NCBI GenBank assembly: GCA_030390025.1 | Contig: CM059432.1 | Location: forward strand, 56,174,001-56,238,000 | Length of the DNA: 64,000 nt | Direction: 5' to 3' | DNA from: Squalus acanthias | Taxonomy: Eukaryota | Part shown: piece by piece, positions 37,989 to 49,572 of the stretch | How positions within the stretch are numbered: position 1 is the first letter of the stretch | Layout: each line of letters begins with the position of its first letter | Translations under genes and position numbers: made by a program | Notes under the pieces: generated by a model | Told to the model about the DNA's origin: nothing | What the model saw: only the letters and a program-made list of their open reading frames with translations | The model's database searches: none

Positions 37989-38927
37989 TTAGTTTAAGCC
38001 CTCCCCAACAGCACTAGCAAACACATCGGTCCCGGTCCTGCCCAGGTGCAAACCGTCCAGTTTGTACTGGTCCCACCTCCCCCAGAACCGGTTCCAATGT
38101 CCCAGGAATTTCAATCCCTCCCCCTTGCACCATTCCTCTAGCCACGTATTCATCTGAAATATCCTTCTATTTCTACTCTGACTAGCACGTGGCACCGGTA
38201 GCAATCCTGAGATTACTACCTTTGAGGTCCTATTTTTTAATTTACCTCCGAACTCCCAATATTCAGCTTTTAGGACCTCATCCCGTTTTTTACCTATATC
38301 ATTGGTACCTATATGCACCACGACAACTGGCTGTTCACCCTCCCCCTCCAGAATGCCCTGTAGCCGCTCTGAGACATCCTTGACCCTTGCACCAGGGAGG
38401 CAACATACCATCCTGGAGTCTCGTTTGCGGCCACAGAAACGCCTATCTATTCCCCTTACAATAGAATCCCCTATCACTATAGCTCTCCCACTCTTTTTCC
38501 TCCTGTCCTGTGCAGCAGAACCACCCATGGTGCCAGGAAGTTGGTTGCTGCTGCCTTCCCCCGATAAGCCATCTCCCTCAACAATATCCAAAGTGGTATA
38601 TCTGTTTGAGAGGGGGATGTCCACAGGGGACCCCTGCACTACCTGCCTGCGCCTACTACTCTGCCTGGTGGTCACCCATTCCCTTCCTGCCTGTGCAGCC
38701 TTTACCTGTGGTGTGACCAACTCCCTAAACGTGCTATCCACGATGTCCTCAGCATCGCGAATGCTCCAGTATGCATCCATTCGCAGCTCCAGCGCCGCAA
38801 TGCGGTCTGCCAGTAGCTGCAGCTGGATACACTTCCCGCACACATGGTCAACAGGGACACAGGAAGTGTCCCTGATTTCCCACATAGTGCAGGAGGAACA
38901 TGCCATGGGGCTCAGCTGTGCTGCCAT
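37989..38927 (-). CDS. CR1 ORF1 protein (zinc finger/coiled coil plus SGNH esterase), open 312 aa
   Basis: CxxC..CxKC, LAxRIAALE coiled coil, and SGNH blocks GDSIVRG, HIGTND and DGLH. Confidence 0.9.
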   Translation of the reverse strand: MAAQLSPMACSSCTMWEIRDTSCVPVDHVCGKCIQLQLLADRIAALELRMDAYWSIRDAEDIVDSTFRELVTPQVKAAQAGREWVTTRQSSRRRQVVQGSPVDIPLSNRYTTLDIVEGDGLSGEGSSNQLPGTMGGSAAQDRRKKSGRAIVIGDSIVRGIDRRFCGRKRDSRMVCCLPGARVKDVSERLQGILEGEGEQPVVVVHIGTNDIGKKRDEVLKAEYWEFGGKLKNRTSKVVISGLLPVPRASQSRNRRIFQMNTWLEEWCKGEGLKFLGHWNRFWGRWDQYKLDGLHLGRTGTDVFASAVGEGLN

Positions 38928-39234
38928 GACTTATCCTTAATTAATTTAAATTAATTCAAATCAATACCACAAATTACACTACAATTAAATGATATACTCA
39001 AGGGCCCTTGTATACTAGCACTCCCTGCTACACAACAGAGACCTTAGAAACTATAACCACAAAAATTAGGACCTAGTAAACTTTATAAACTATTAACCTT
39101 AACTGTCAAACTGCAGAGTAGTATAAATACTCACCTGGGCGTACTCACCCAATCAGCTGCTTCCTCTTGCCCGCGTCACTTTTTGAATTGTGACGTGGCT
39201 CTGGAACGCCGCCACCGGTCTGTGAGATTGGTAA

Positions 39235-39604
39235 GCCTCTGCAAAAAAGCCCACGAAAGTGAGTTTAACTACTCACTGTGCTGCTGCTCTCTCCGCTCCC
39301 GACACTGGCCTCTGAAAAAAAGCCCGCGAAAGTGAGTTTAAATACTCACTGTGCTGCTGCTCTCTCCGCTCCCGACACTGGCCTCTGCAAAAAAGCCCGT
39401 GAAAGTGAGTTTAAATACTCACTGTGCTGCTGCTCTCTCCGCTCCCGACACTGGCCTCTGCAAAAAAGCCTGTGAAAGTGAGTTTAACTACTCACTGTGC
39501 TGCTGCTCTCTCCGCTCCCGACACTGGCCTCTGCAAAAAAGCCCGCGAAAGTGAGTTTAACTACTCTCTGTGCTGCTGCTCTCTCCGCTCCCGACACTGG
39601 CCTC
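39235..39604. repeat. 73-bp tandem repeat, about 5 copies, at the CR1 5' end
   Basis: Unit GCCTCTGCAAAAAAGCCCGCGAAAGTGAGTTTAACTACTCACTGTGCTGCTGCTCTCTCCGCTCCCGACACTG; ORF starts are spaced 73 bp apart. Confidence 0.95.
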
Positions 39605-40848
39605 GGTTTTACTGGGGCTTCTTGATGCCACACTCGGTCAAGTGCTGCGTTGATGTCAAGGGCAGTCACTCTCACCTCACCTCTGGAATTCAGCTCCTTT
39701 GTCCATGTTTGGAACAAGGCTGTAATGAGGTCGGGAGCCGAGTGGTCTTGGCGGAACCCAAACTGGGCATCAGTGAGCAGGTTATTGGTGAGTAAGTGCT
39801 GCTTGATAGCACTGTCGATGACACATTCCATCACTTTGCTGACGATTGAGAGTAGACTGATGGGGTGGTAGTTGGTCGGGTTGGATTTGTCCTGCTTTTT
39901 GTGGACAGGACATACCTGGGCAGTTTTCCACATTGTCGGATAGATGCCAGTGTTTTAGCTGTACTGGAACAGCTTGGCTAGAGGCGCGGCTAGTTCTGGA
40001 GCACAAGTCTTCAGCACGATAGCCGGGATGTTGTCGGGGCTCGTAGCCTTTGCTGTATCCAGTGCGCTCAGCCGTTTCTTGCTATCACGTGGAGTGAATT
40101 GAATCGGCTGAAGACTGGCTTCTGTGATGGTGGGGACCTCAGGAGTAGGCTGGTATGGATCATCCACTCGGCACTTCTGGCTGAAGTTGGTTGCAAACGC
40201 TTCAGCCTTGTCTTTTGCACTCACGTGCTGGGCTCCATCATTGAGGATGGGGATATTCATGGAGTCTCCTCCTCCCGTTAGTTGTTCAATGGTCCACCAC
40301 CATTCACGACTGGATGTGGCAGGACTGCAAAGCTTTGATCTGATCCGTTGATTGTGGGATCGCTTAGCTCTGTCTATAGCATGCTGCTTCCGCTTTTTAG
40401 TATGCATGTAGTCCTGTGTTGCAGCTTCCCCAGGTTGGCACCTCATTTTTAGGTACGCCTGGTGCTGCTCCTGGCATGCTATTCTACACTCCTTATTGAA
40501 CGAGGGTTGGTCCCCTGGCTTAATGGTAGTGGTAGATTGTGGGATATGCCGGGCCATGAGGTTACAGATTGTGCTGCTGCTGATGGCCCACAGCGCCTCA
40601 TGGACACCCAGTTTTGAGCTGCTAGCACGGTGATAGTGGCACACAATACAATGGAGGGTGTCCTCAGTGTGAAGACGGAACTTCGTCTCCACAATGACTG
40701 TGCGGTGGTCACTGCTACCAATACTGTCATGGACAGATGCATCTGCGACAGGTAGATTGGTGAGGACGTGGTCAAGTAGGTTTTTCCCTCGTGTTGGTTC
40801 TCTCACCACCTGTCGCAGGCCCAGACTGGCGGTTATGTCCTGCAGGAC
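39605..40848 (-). mobile_element. Second LINE family, middle part (end of EN to start of RT)
   Basis: ORFs 39955..40809 and 39484..39933; ...WHQEAPVK continues as KSLGI at 34948. Confidence 0.9.
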
Positions 40849-41241
40849 GTCATCACTTTGTGCAGCGCCCCACTTCGGTAGCGCTCCCTGACATACCGCC
40901 GGACGCTATGTCCGACGGGGTCAGGGGGGCCTACCTGGGGCCGGGGTGGCGCTAATTAAAAGCGAGCTGCCGGGCAGCCATTTTTGTTGCTGGCCGCCTG
41001 CCAGCACCTGCCTCCGTTGCCGTCCCTGGCCTCCTGAGCACCCCACCCCGCGGAGAGCCGGCTGCGCTCCATGAGCCCGGCACTTTTCTTGAGTGCGGGG
41101 CGCTTCCAGCAGCGCCCCGCTTCCCTCTTGGGGCACTACCGATGAATTTCAGCTGCGAGGGCGCTAATTTTTTCAAGGCGCTAAAAGTAGCACCCCGCCG
41201 AAGTTAGCGCCCCAAAGGGGGCGCAACTCAATTTTTCCCCC
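40846..41241. mobile_element. One-ended GC-rich MITE related to family A
   Basis: Ends GCGCCCCAAAGGGGGCGCAACTCAATTTTTCCCCC followed by TTA, like the family A termini; the other end is missing. Confidence 0.75.
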
Positions 41242-42793
41242 TTAGTCTTAAGTTTATTTCTGTAAGTTAGTTAATAGTCGAATAAATAAAGGCATGGCAG
41301 GGCACCTCAGTCCCGTGGAATGCACATCCTGTGCCATGTTGGAACTCCAGGACACTTCCCGTGTCAACCACCTGTGCAGGATGTGTCGTCAGCTGGAGGA
41401 GTTCGAGCTCCAGGTTTCAGAGCTTGAGCAGCAGCTGGCGTCACTGCGGTGCATCTGTGAGGCTGAGAGTTACGTGAATAGCACATTTCAGGAGGTGGTC
41501 ATCCCGCAGCATAAGAGTGTGCAGGCAGAGAGGGAATGGGTGACCATCAAACAGACAAGGAGGACCAGGCACGTACCCCTGAGTACATCTCGCTCTCCAA
41601 CCAGTATTCAGTAGGGAATACTGGTGAGGGCGATGGTTCCTCTGGGGAGTACAGCCAGAGCCAAGTCCACGGCAGCACAGGTGGCTCAGCTGTACGGGAG
41701 GGGAGGAGGAAGATCGGGGAGGCAATAGTGGTAGGGGATTCAATAGTTATGGGAACAGACAGGCGTTTCTGCGGCCACAGACGTGAATCCAGGATGGTAT
41801 GTTGCCTTCCTGGTGCCAGGGTCAAGGATGTCACTGAGCGGCTGCAGAACATTCTGAGGGAGGAGGGTGAACAGCCAGAGGTCGTAGTCCGCATCGGTAC
41901 CAACAACATAGGTAGAAAAAGGGATGAGGTCCTGCAGGTAGATTTTAGGGAGCTAAGAAAGAGATTAAAAAGCAGGACCTCAAAGCTAGTAGTCTCTGGA
42001 TTACTGTGCCATGAGCTAGTGAGTATAGAAATAGGAGGCTAGAGCAGAGGCTGGAGAAATGGTGCAGGAGGGAAGACTTCAGATTCCTGGGACATTGGGA
42101 CCGGTTCTGGGGGAGGTGGCACCTTTACAGACCAGACAGGTTGCACCTCAACAGAGCCGGAACCAATGTCCTTGTGGCTTGGGTGGGCGGGGCGGGGGGT
42201 GGGGGGCGGGCGGTGGCGTTGGTGCTAATGCTGTTGGGGAGGGTTTAAAATAATTTGGCAGGGGGATGGGCACCAGGATGTAGCATTAGAAAGGAGAAAC
42301 AAAGTGCACAAAGGATGGGGAGAGACAGATAGCACTAGAGCAAGAATGAATAAGACAGGTTTACAGTGCGTGTGTGTAAACACACGAAGCGTGGTAAATA
42401 AGGTCGGTGAGCTGCAGGCGCAAATAGCCACATGGGAAATATGATGTCGTGGCGATAACGGAGACCTGGCTCCAAAAAGGGCAGGATTGGGTTTTAAATA
42501 TTCCTGGATATAAGGTGTTCAGGAAAGATAGGGAAGGAAAGAAAGGAGGTGGGGTGGCAGTATTGGTTAAGGATTGATTATTATCCAAATATAGACTGGG
42601 ATAGTAATAGTGTAAAGGGCAGAGAGGGGGAAGAATTTCTGAAGTGTGTTCAGGAGAACTTTCTTGATCAGTACGTTTCCGGCCCAATGAGGAAGGAGGC
42701 ATTGCTGGATCTGGTTCTGGGGTATGCAGTGGGTCAAGTGGAGAAAGTGTCAGTAGGGGAACATTTAGGGAACAGTGATCATAGTATCTTAAG
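41242..42793 (+). mobile_element. CR1 5' half (ORF1 plus partial EN), inverted relative to its 5' UTR and 3' half
   Basis: ORFs 41294..42253 are ORF1 (GDSIV, IGTNN); 42549..42803 ends at HLGNSDHSI. Confidence 0.88.
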
Positions 42794-43178
42794 GGAACAG
42801 TAGCGTAGTGGTAATGTCACTGGGCTAGTAATCCTGAGGCTGGACTAATGATCCAGAGATGTGAGTTCAAATCCCACCACAACAGCTGGGGAATTTAAAT
42901 TCAGTTAATTAAATAAATCTGCAATAATTACTAGTATCAGTAATGGTAACCATGAAACTGTCGTAAAAACCCATCTGGTTCACTTTCGGGAAGGAAATTT
43001 GTCGTCTGGCCTATATGTGACTCCAGACCCACAGTAATGTGGTTAACTGCCCTCTGAAATGGCCTAGCACTCAATTGTAACAAACCACTACGAAACACAA
43101 TAATAAGACTGAAACTGGATGGACAAGGGCACACCCAGTCCAGTTGACCCTGCAAAGTCCTCCTCACCAACATCTGAG
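42794..43178 (+). mobile_element. tRNA-like (A/B box) head running into an APE motif I; probable 5' end of the second LINE family
   Basis: A box TAGCGTAGTGG at 42801-42811; B box GAGTTCAAATCCC at 42863-42875; ends in PCKVLLTNI*. Confidence 0.65.
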
Positions 43179-43179
43179 C

Positions 43180-43638
43180 TCACTCTCTTAGTTAAAGTCT
43201 TTATTTACATGATTTTTTGTAGTTATATTAATTAGTTTATCTAGTTAAGTTAGAGGGAAAAAAACGCTATACTCACCCACCAATCACCTACCTGCTGCCT
43301 TGTGACGTCACTCCTTGATTTTGTTGTTCTTTTGGAATTCGCCGCATTTGTATCTGCCTCTGCTGCCAACTCTTTCCAGGTCCACGCTGTCCTCAGGTCC
43401 CGCTCTCTTTATTCTCTGCCGCCTCCTTCCAGGTCCGCGCTGTCCTCGGGTCACGTTCTGTTTTAGTACCGTCTCCTCTAGTGCCGACTCCTTCCAGGTC
43501 CGCGCTGTCCTCGGGTCACGTTCTGTTTTAGTACCATCTCCTCTAGTGCCGACTCCTTCCAGGTCCGCGCTGTCCTCGGGTCCCGCTCTGTTTAAGTACT
43601 GCTGCCTCCTCTGGTGCCGACTCCTTCCAGGTCCACGC
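43180..43638 (-). mobile_element. CR1 5' UTR with a tandem array of 53-68-bp units (43360-43638)
   Basis: TACTCACC..CCAATCA..TGACGTCACT block similar to 39125-39185; repeated TTCCAGGTCCGCGCTGTCCTCGGGTC. Confidence 0.7.
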
Positions 43639-43639
43639 A

Positions 43640-44500
43640 TTCAATTAGATCATGACTGATTTGTACCTCAACTCCATTTACCGGTCTTTGTTCCATATCC
43701 CTTGATAACCTTACGCAACTAAATTCTATCAATCACAGTGTTGAAAATTTCAATTGACCCAGTAGCGACAGTCTTTTGGTGGAGAGAGTTCCCGATTTCC
43801 ACTGCCCTTTGTATGAGAAAATGCTTCCTGATGTCACTCCTAAATAGCCTAGCTCTAATTTTAATAATATAATTTTAAGATCATGCCCTCTTGTTCTGGA
43901 TTCCCCCACCAGTGGAAATAGCTTCCCTGTATCTACCCTGTACCTAATCCCTTTATCATTTTAAACCCCTTGATTAGATTACCCCTCAACCTTCCAAACT
44001 CACGTCAAGTTTATGCAACCGATGCTCATAATATAACCATTTAAGCCCTGCTCTAATTCTGCTGAATGTGCACTTGTACCCCATCCAAGGCTGATATATC
44101 AGGTTCAATGCCCAGAACTGAACGGAGTACTCCAGATGGGGTCTGAACAAGACTCTCTACAACTGAAGCTTCACTTTTGAATTCCAACCCCCTTGAGAGA
44201 AAGAGCAATATTCCATTGGCCTTTCTGATTACTTTTTGTACCTGTGCACTGGCTTTTAGTGATTTGTGTGCATAGACATCTACATTTCTTTGCTCCTCCA
44301 CAGCTCCTAGTCTCTGGCCATATAGAAAATATTCTGAGTTGTCTTTCTCAGATTCAAAGTAGATGGCCTCACAGTTATCCACATTGAACTCCATCTGTCA
44401 TAGTTTTACCCACTCACTTAAACTGTTTATGTCCCTTTGTAACTTCCTGACCCAACTTGCAAACTTAGATATACAACTCTCTATTACTTCATGAAGTCAT
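43640..44500 (-). mobile_element. Older CR1 3' fragment
   Basis: ORF 44053..44394 (FNVDNC...KANGIL). Confidence 0.8.
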
Positions 44501-45659
44501 TAAAATATTTGGGTGAAAAGCAAATGAGTTGAATTTTGAAAGCTCTAATTATTATCTGCGTTTTGCAGCTAGTAATTAGATGTCAGGCCTATGCCTTGCT
44601 GGACCCCCAATGCTGCCAAATTCCAATAGCCACTGCACGGCTGTCAAAATCCAGAACCCCCACTTCAATTCTTCAAAAGCCTATGATATTCCTCAGTGCC
44701 ACTAAAGCCCAGAACTAGCTCTCAATGTTACCAAAATCCAGGACTGCCTCCAATTGTACGAAAGTGCAGGTAAACTCCAATCCCCCTACCCAATACGGCT
44801 AAATTCTAGATATCTTCCTCCATTTTGTGTATGTTGCATACCATCTTGCTGCATATTCTCTGTTTATAAAAAAGGATAAAAATGAAATACATATAGGTAA
44901 ATAAATATATATGAAATAAAGGCCACTCATTTAGAATTTTCACAGAATAATGATAGGTGAAATATTCAATCTCCAAAGCACCAAGAAAAATCCCACAATG
45001 ATATTCAATAAAGATGGAATTTGACATATTCCGCCACTGTGAATCAGTAGCCCTGATATTATCCCCTATGTGTAATAAACAGCCTAAACGTGCTAAAAGT
45101 TAAAATCCACTCCAACGTGACTTAATAAACTTAATCCCCCATGAAAAAAAAAGAGATACTTTGAGCCTTTGAGTTTCCTATCCACCCATTCCTTGTGTTG
45201 TGCTTTCCCTATGCTGTCACTCTCATAAGTGAGTCAGGAACCACAACTGAGATTGGGACATCCCAGCGTTCCCCGTGTTTTCACAATGGAAACCAATTTT
45301 ATATTAGGCCATAATTTGCACTTAAAATAACGACAGGGTTAATGGCGCTCTCTGTTATTTATGTGCACATGCTACAGCAATTTCAGGCAAGGGCAGATGT
45401 ATGTTAAACGCAGAAATCCAAAAGTTGCTTTCTGAGATACTGCCATTAGCTTCGTGAAAACGGCATCTTGCTGTCTGGCTCACCATTGAAATGCATTGAA
45501 TAGCGTGAGGTTGCTATATTTGCACGGTAGATAAGAACAAAACTTGCCACAGAAAGTTAAGTCTTTTCCATTTCAGTCAAAGTATCCTTTTAACTATGTG
45601 ATAAGTAACTTGCCAAACAAATTCTCTGGCACTGAAAATAAACTTTTACAAGTGTGGAG

Positions 45660-45910
45660 TCTCAGAGGGTGGTGAATCTTTGGAATTCTCTACCCCAGAG
45701 GGCTGTGGAAGCTCAGTCGTTGAGTATATTCAAGACAGAGATCGATAGATTTTTGAATATTAAGGGAATCAAGGGATATGGGGATTGTTCAGGAAAGTGG
45801 AGATGAGGTAGAAGATCAGCCATGATCTTATTGAATGGCGGAGCAGGCTCGAAGGGCCAAATGGCCTACTCCTGCTCCTATTTCTTATGTTCTTATGTTA
45901 TGTTCTTATA
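45660..45910 (+). mobile_element. CR1 3' end
   Basis: QRVVNLWNSLP segment, terminal stem-loop and (TTCTTATG)n tail. Confidence 0.85.
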
Positions 45911-46704
45911 TGGCTAATTGGGCAACTACTTTTTAGCTCTTCTTGTGCACAAACAGGATATGTTAGTGGCTCAAGCTTGCGGGCAACTCACTGATGTTGA
46001 AGCCTGGCAGTCCTTTGGTTAAGTAAGGTGGGGAGTCATTAGGACTAGAATTTATTTTTTTTTGCAGAAAAATGCCTATCAATATATTTTACAGTACGCA
46101 TGGAAAAAAAAGCTGACCTTAATTGGTTCAGGTTGTACTATATTCCTTCATATTTCCATTCCTCAAGTTAAGATCTGCTTTTTTGCCATGTGGTAGACCA
46201 TGTTATAAGAAACTAGTCTTTGAACCTCACATTGAGTGAAAGGATGTAAGCTGGCGCTACCCACGCCACTGAGTGCCCAGCCTCAGTGACCAGAGGCCAA
46301 TTGTACCCTCATGTACACTAATTTCCCAGTATCAGAAATTTGTTTAGAAACTTCTAAACAAATGTAGCAATATGCATCAGATGTAGTAATAATTTAAGCA
46401 GGTTTTGAGAATTGGTAGTGGTCCACATAACCATTGGGGGCATTTACAGGACAGGAAGAGGTTTTCGTCTCACTTTGTCTACGCCACATCTTTGCTGGAG
46501 CAATTCAAAACGAATCCCACCACCCTGCTCCCTTTCCATAGCCTCTTTCAAATATTTATTTAATTTTCCCTTGAAAGACACAATAGTCTCTGCCTCAACC
46601 ACTCCCTGTGGCAAATGTCCCATGCTCCAACAATTCTCTGTGTAAAGAAATTACTTCTAATTTCTATCCTCACACTCTTAATAATAATTGATGACCCCTC
46701 ATCA

Positions 46705-48482
46705 CTAACTGGGATAGTAATAGTATGAAGGGCAAAGAGGGGAAGGAATACTTGAAATTTGTACAAGAGATCTTTCTTGATCACTGTTTCCAGAATAATG
46801 AGTAAGGAAGCAGCATTAGATTTAGTTCTGGGGAATGAGCATGTTTCAGTCAGGGAGCATTTGGGGAACAGAGATTATTATAACATCAGGTTTAGAATAG
46901 TTATGGAAAATGACAAGGAACAATCAAGTGTAAAAATACTTAACTGGAGGAGGGTTAATTTCAGTGAGTTGAAAAGGGATCTGGCCCAGGTGGATTGGAA
47001 TCAAAGATTGGCAGATAAAACTGTAAATAAGCAATGGGAGGCCTTCAAAGAGGAGATAGTTTGGGTACAGACTAGACACATTCCCATGAGGGGGAAAAGA
47101 AAGGCATCCAAAACTAGAGTTCCCTGGATGACTAAAGATATAGGGGGAAAAATTCAGTTGGTTGCGCCTCCCGTTAGCGCCTTAAGAGGGCGCTAATGGG
47201 GCGCAAAGCATCTAGCGCCCAGGTGCGGCGAAGTTTGCGCCGCTCGCGAAATTAACTAGACATTTTGCGGTGGCGCTAAACACTACCGCCACGATCTCCT
47301 GCGCCGGCAGATCGTGACATCAGTCGAGTGCGCAACGCCCTGGTATCGCCCCGGAGCGGATATTGAGTGGCGCCCCCTGCCTTACCGCCTGACGCTAGCA
47401 ACGACAGGTTGAGGGGAGCGTTTTGCAGTCATGAAGGGAAAGGGGGAGCGCTATTTAAAGGTGACCGCTTCCTGCCTTTTATTGTTGGTGCCATTTTTTA
47501 ACTACGCATTCTGAGAGAGAGAGAGAGACTTCTGGAGAGATTCAACGTTGTGTGAAGGAGTTTTGGGTACTGAGCAGCACTTTGCAGGTTCATTTTGATT
47601 TGCCATTCCTTGTATCGATTTAGAAGAGACTGTGGGGGCTGCACTCTGAGCTCTTTGCCTGGTACTCTCCATTGTTCTTACCAGCAGATTTGATGTGCAG
47701 GTCTCTCCAGGCCGAGATTCAAGGCTGCAATGAGCAGGATGTGGATGGAAAGCAAGATTAACCATCCCCTTTAAGAACTGGCCCGTGCCATTGTGTGTGT
47801 GTTCCATTGCTGACTGACATTACATGAGCTTCGCCAGCGCTCTGAGGTAGCGCCTCGCTCCTCGGCCTTTGCGCCTTAAGACAGGTGTGAAGCGCCTGAT
47901 TTAGCGCTCCAATCACCTCCAGGGGCGATAAAAGTCAAGTTTGCAGTCGGTGGCGATAATTAGCGCCAGGCGCTAATCTTTGCGCCCGGCCGATAATTGC
48001 GCCCCAAATGGGGCGATACTGAATTTCTCCCCCATAGAGATCAAAATGAACAGTAAAAGGAGGCTTATGATAAAGATCAGGTTCATAATTCTGTAGAAAA
48101 TCAAGCTGAATACAAAAAGCACAGAGAAACTGTTTCCAGTGGCAGAAGGGTCGGCAACCAGAGGACACAGATTTAAGGTGATTGGCAAAAGAACCAGAGG
48201 TGACGTGAGGAAACATTTTTTTACACATGAGTGTTGTGATCTGGAATGCACTGCCTGAAAGGCTGGTGGAAGCAGATTCAATAGTAACATTCAAAAGAAA
48301 ATTGGATAAATACTTGAAGGGGAAAAAAATTAAAGGACTATGGGGAAAGAGCAAGGGAGTGGGACTAATTAGGTACCCCCAGATTAGTGTATATACAACC
48401 CCAAGTCTCTCTGTTCCTGCACCCACTAACAGGCACGATGGGCTGAATGGCTGCCTTCTGTTCTGTATCATTCTATGATTCT
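46705..48482 (+). mobile_element. Internally deleted CR1 interrupted by MITE A copy 2
   Basis: ORF 46759..47196 (LDLVLGN...PWMTKD) and C-terminus 48227..48478; tail at ~48480. Confidence 0.85.
47143..48033. mobile_element. MITE family A, copy 2
   Basis: Same TIRs as 502-1416; TSD ATA at 47140-47142 and 48034-48036. Confidence 0.9.
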
Positions 48483-49435
48483 TTGCCAGGTAGGTGTACT
48501 AGGGTCGGCAGATATGGCTGGTGGCATATTGGTAGGTGTGGTCAATCGGGCTGTGCTGGCTGCTGAATACTATGGCATGCCTTCTTTTATATAGTACCAC
48601 TGAAAGGATGACATACTGTGACTGAGGTGCTTCTGAGGCAGCAAGCAATTATTAGTTAGTTGGGCATTCAGACATTTTAGGGAAGAGAGAATGTAGGACA
48701 TTTGGGGACAGCAAATGGTGAGGATTTCAAATGAAAGGTGTGAGGGATGTAAGATGATGAGGTGCTTTAAAGAGAAGGTGCTGGAGAAGTAGGGGAGAGG
48801 CCAAGATGTAACTTGAAGATAAGGGCCACAGTGAAATCTGTTGTAGTTTGGGTGGGACTGTGATGAAGGTCTTTGTAAGGTGGAAGGGGTTGCTGCTCAT
48901 GAGCCATGTTTTGGTCAGTGCCAGGAGGTTGATATAATCATCCACAACGAGGGCTTTATTTGCAAAGTGAGCAAAAATTGTGAAGGAAAATACTGAGGGG
49001 CCAAAGACTGTATGGCGGCAGAATCTAGCTGTGCGAGGGTTGCAGAAGAGGGTGGAGAAAACAAAATATAGCGGGGGTTGGGGAGGAGGAAATGAAAAGT
49101 GGCACGGCTGAGTGAGGGGAAGAGGGAAGCGGGCTTGAGAATAGCTGAAAAAGGGAAATAGAAGTAATGGGATTGTGTCTGCATTGCGAACATGAATTTA
49201 AACAAAAGGAACGTCACTCAGGCCCATTAGAGTAGGTGATGTGTAAAATAAGAGTCTTTAGGGGTTTTTCACGACTGGTTCGGGGGAACAGCAATGCAAT
49301 CGGTGCAATATGAGAATGCTCAGCTGCCAACACTGGGTAACAAAAATTATAGAAAACCAAGAGATCGGGAGTGATCAGTCATTTTGGTTTGAAATAAGAC
49401 CTACCTCATCCGTAACAAATAAACACATATGTTTA

Positions 49436-49572
49436 CGATAGCAAAATACTGCGAATGCTGGAAATCCAAAATAACAACAGAAAACGCTGGAAAAACTCAG
49501 CAGGCCAGGCAACATCGGTGGAGAGAGAAAGAGAGTTAACGTTTCAGGTCGAAACCCTTCGTCGGAACTGAG
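49436..49572 (-). mobile_element. Penelope-like terminal fragment with a hammerhead motif (49534-49569)
   Basis: Reverse complement matches 17484-17620; the core reads CCGACGA...GAAAC. Confidence 0.8.

Larger units (their letters stand above)
34949..39604 (-). mobile_element. Near full-length CR1 LINE (5' monomer array, ORF1, disrupted ORF2, tail)
   Basis: ORF1 at 37989..38927; EN and RT pieces at 35125..37614; (TTCTATGT)n tail at 34949. It splits the RT of the second LINE family. Confidence 0.95.

Noticed and set aside
38302..38940. 212-aa + strand ORF and similar antisense ORFs such as 29212..29922
   Set aside because: These are shadow frames opposite TE coding sequence.
39235..39604. CRISPR-like appearance (repeat with an internal hairpin)
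   Set aside because: The units are near-identical along their whole length with no unique spacers, the context is eukaryotic, and there are no cas genes.
45305..45660. Possible further MITE remnant starting TTA-GGCCATAATTT
   Set aside because: Only one putative end is visible and it is cut by a CR1, so there is no TIR pair or TSD to support the call.
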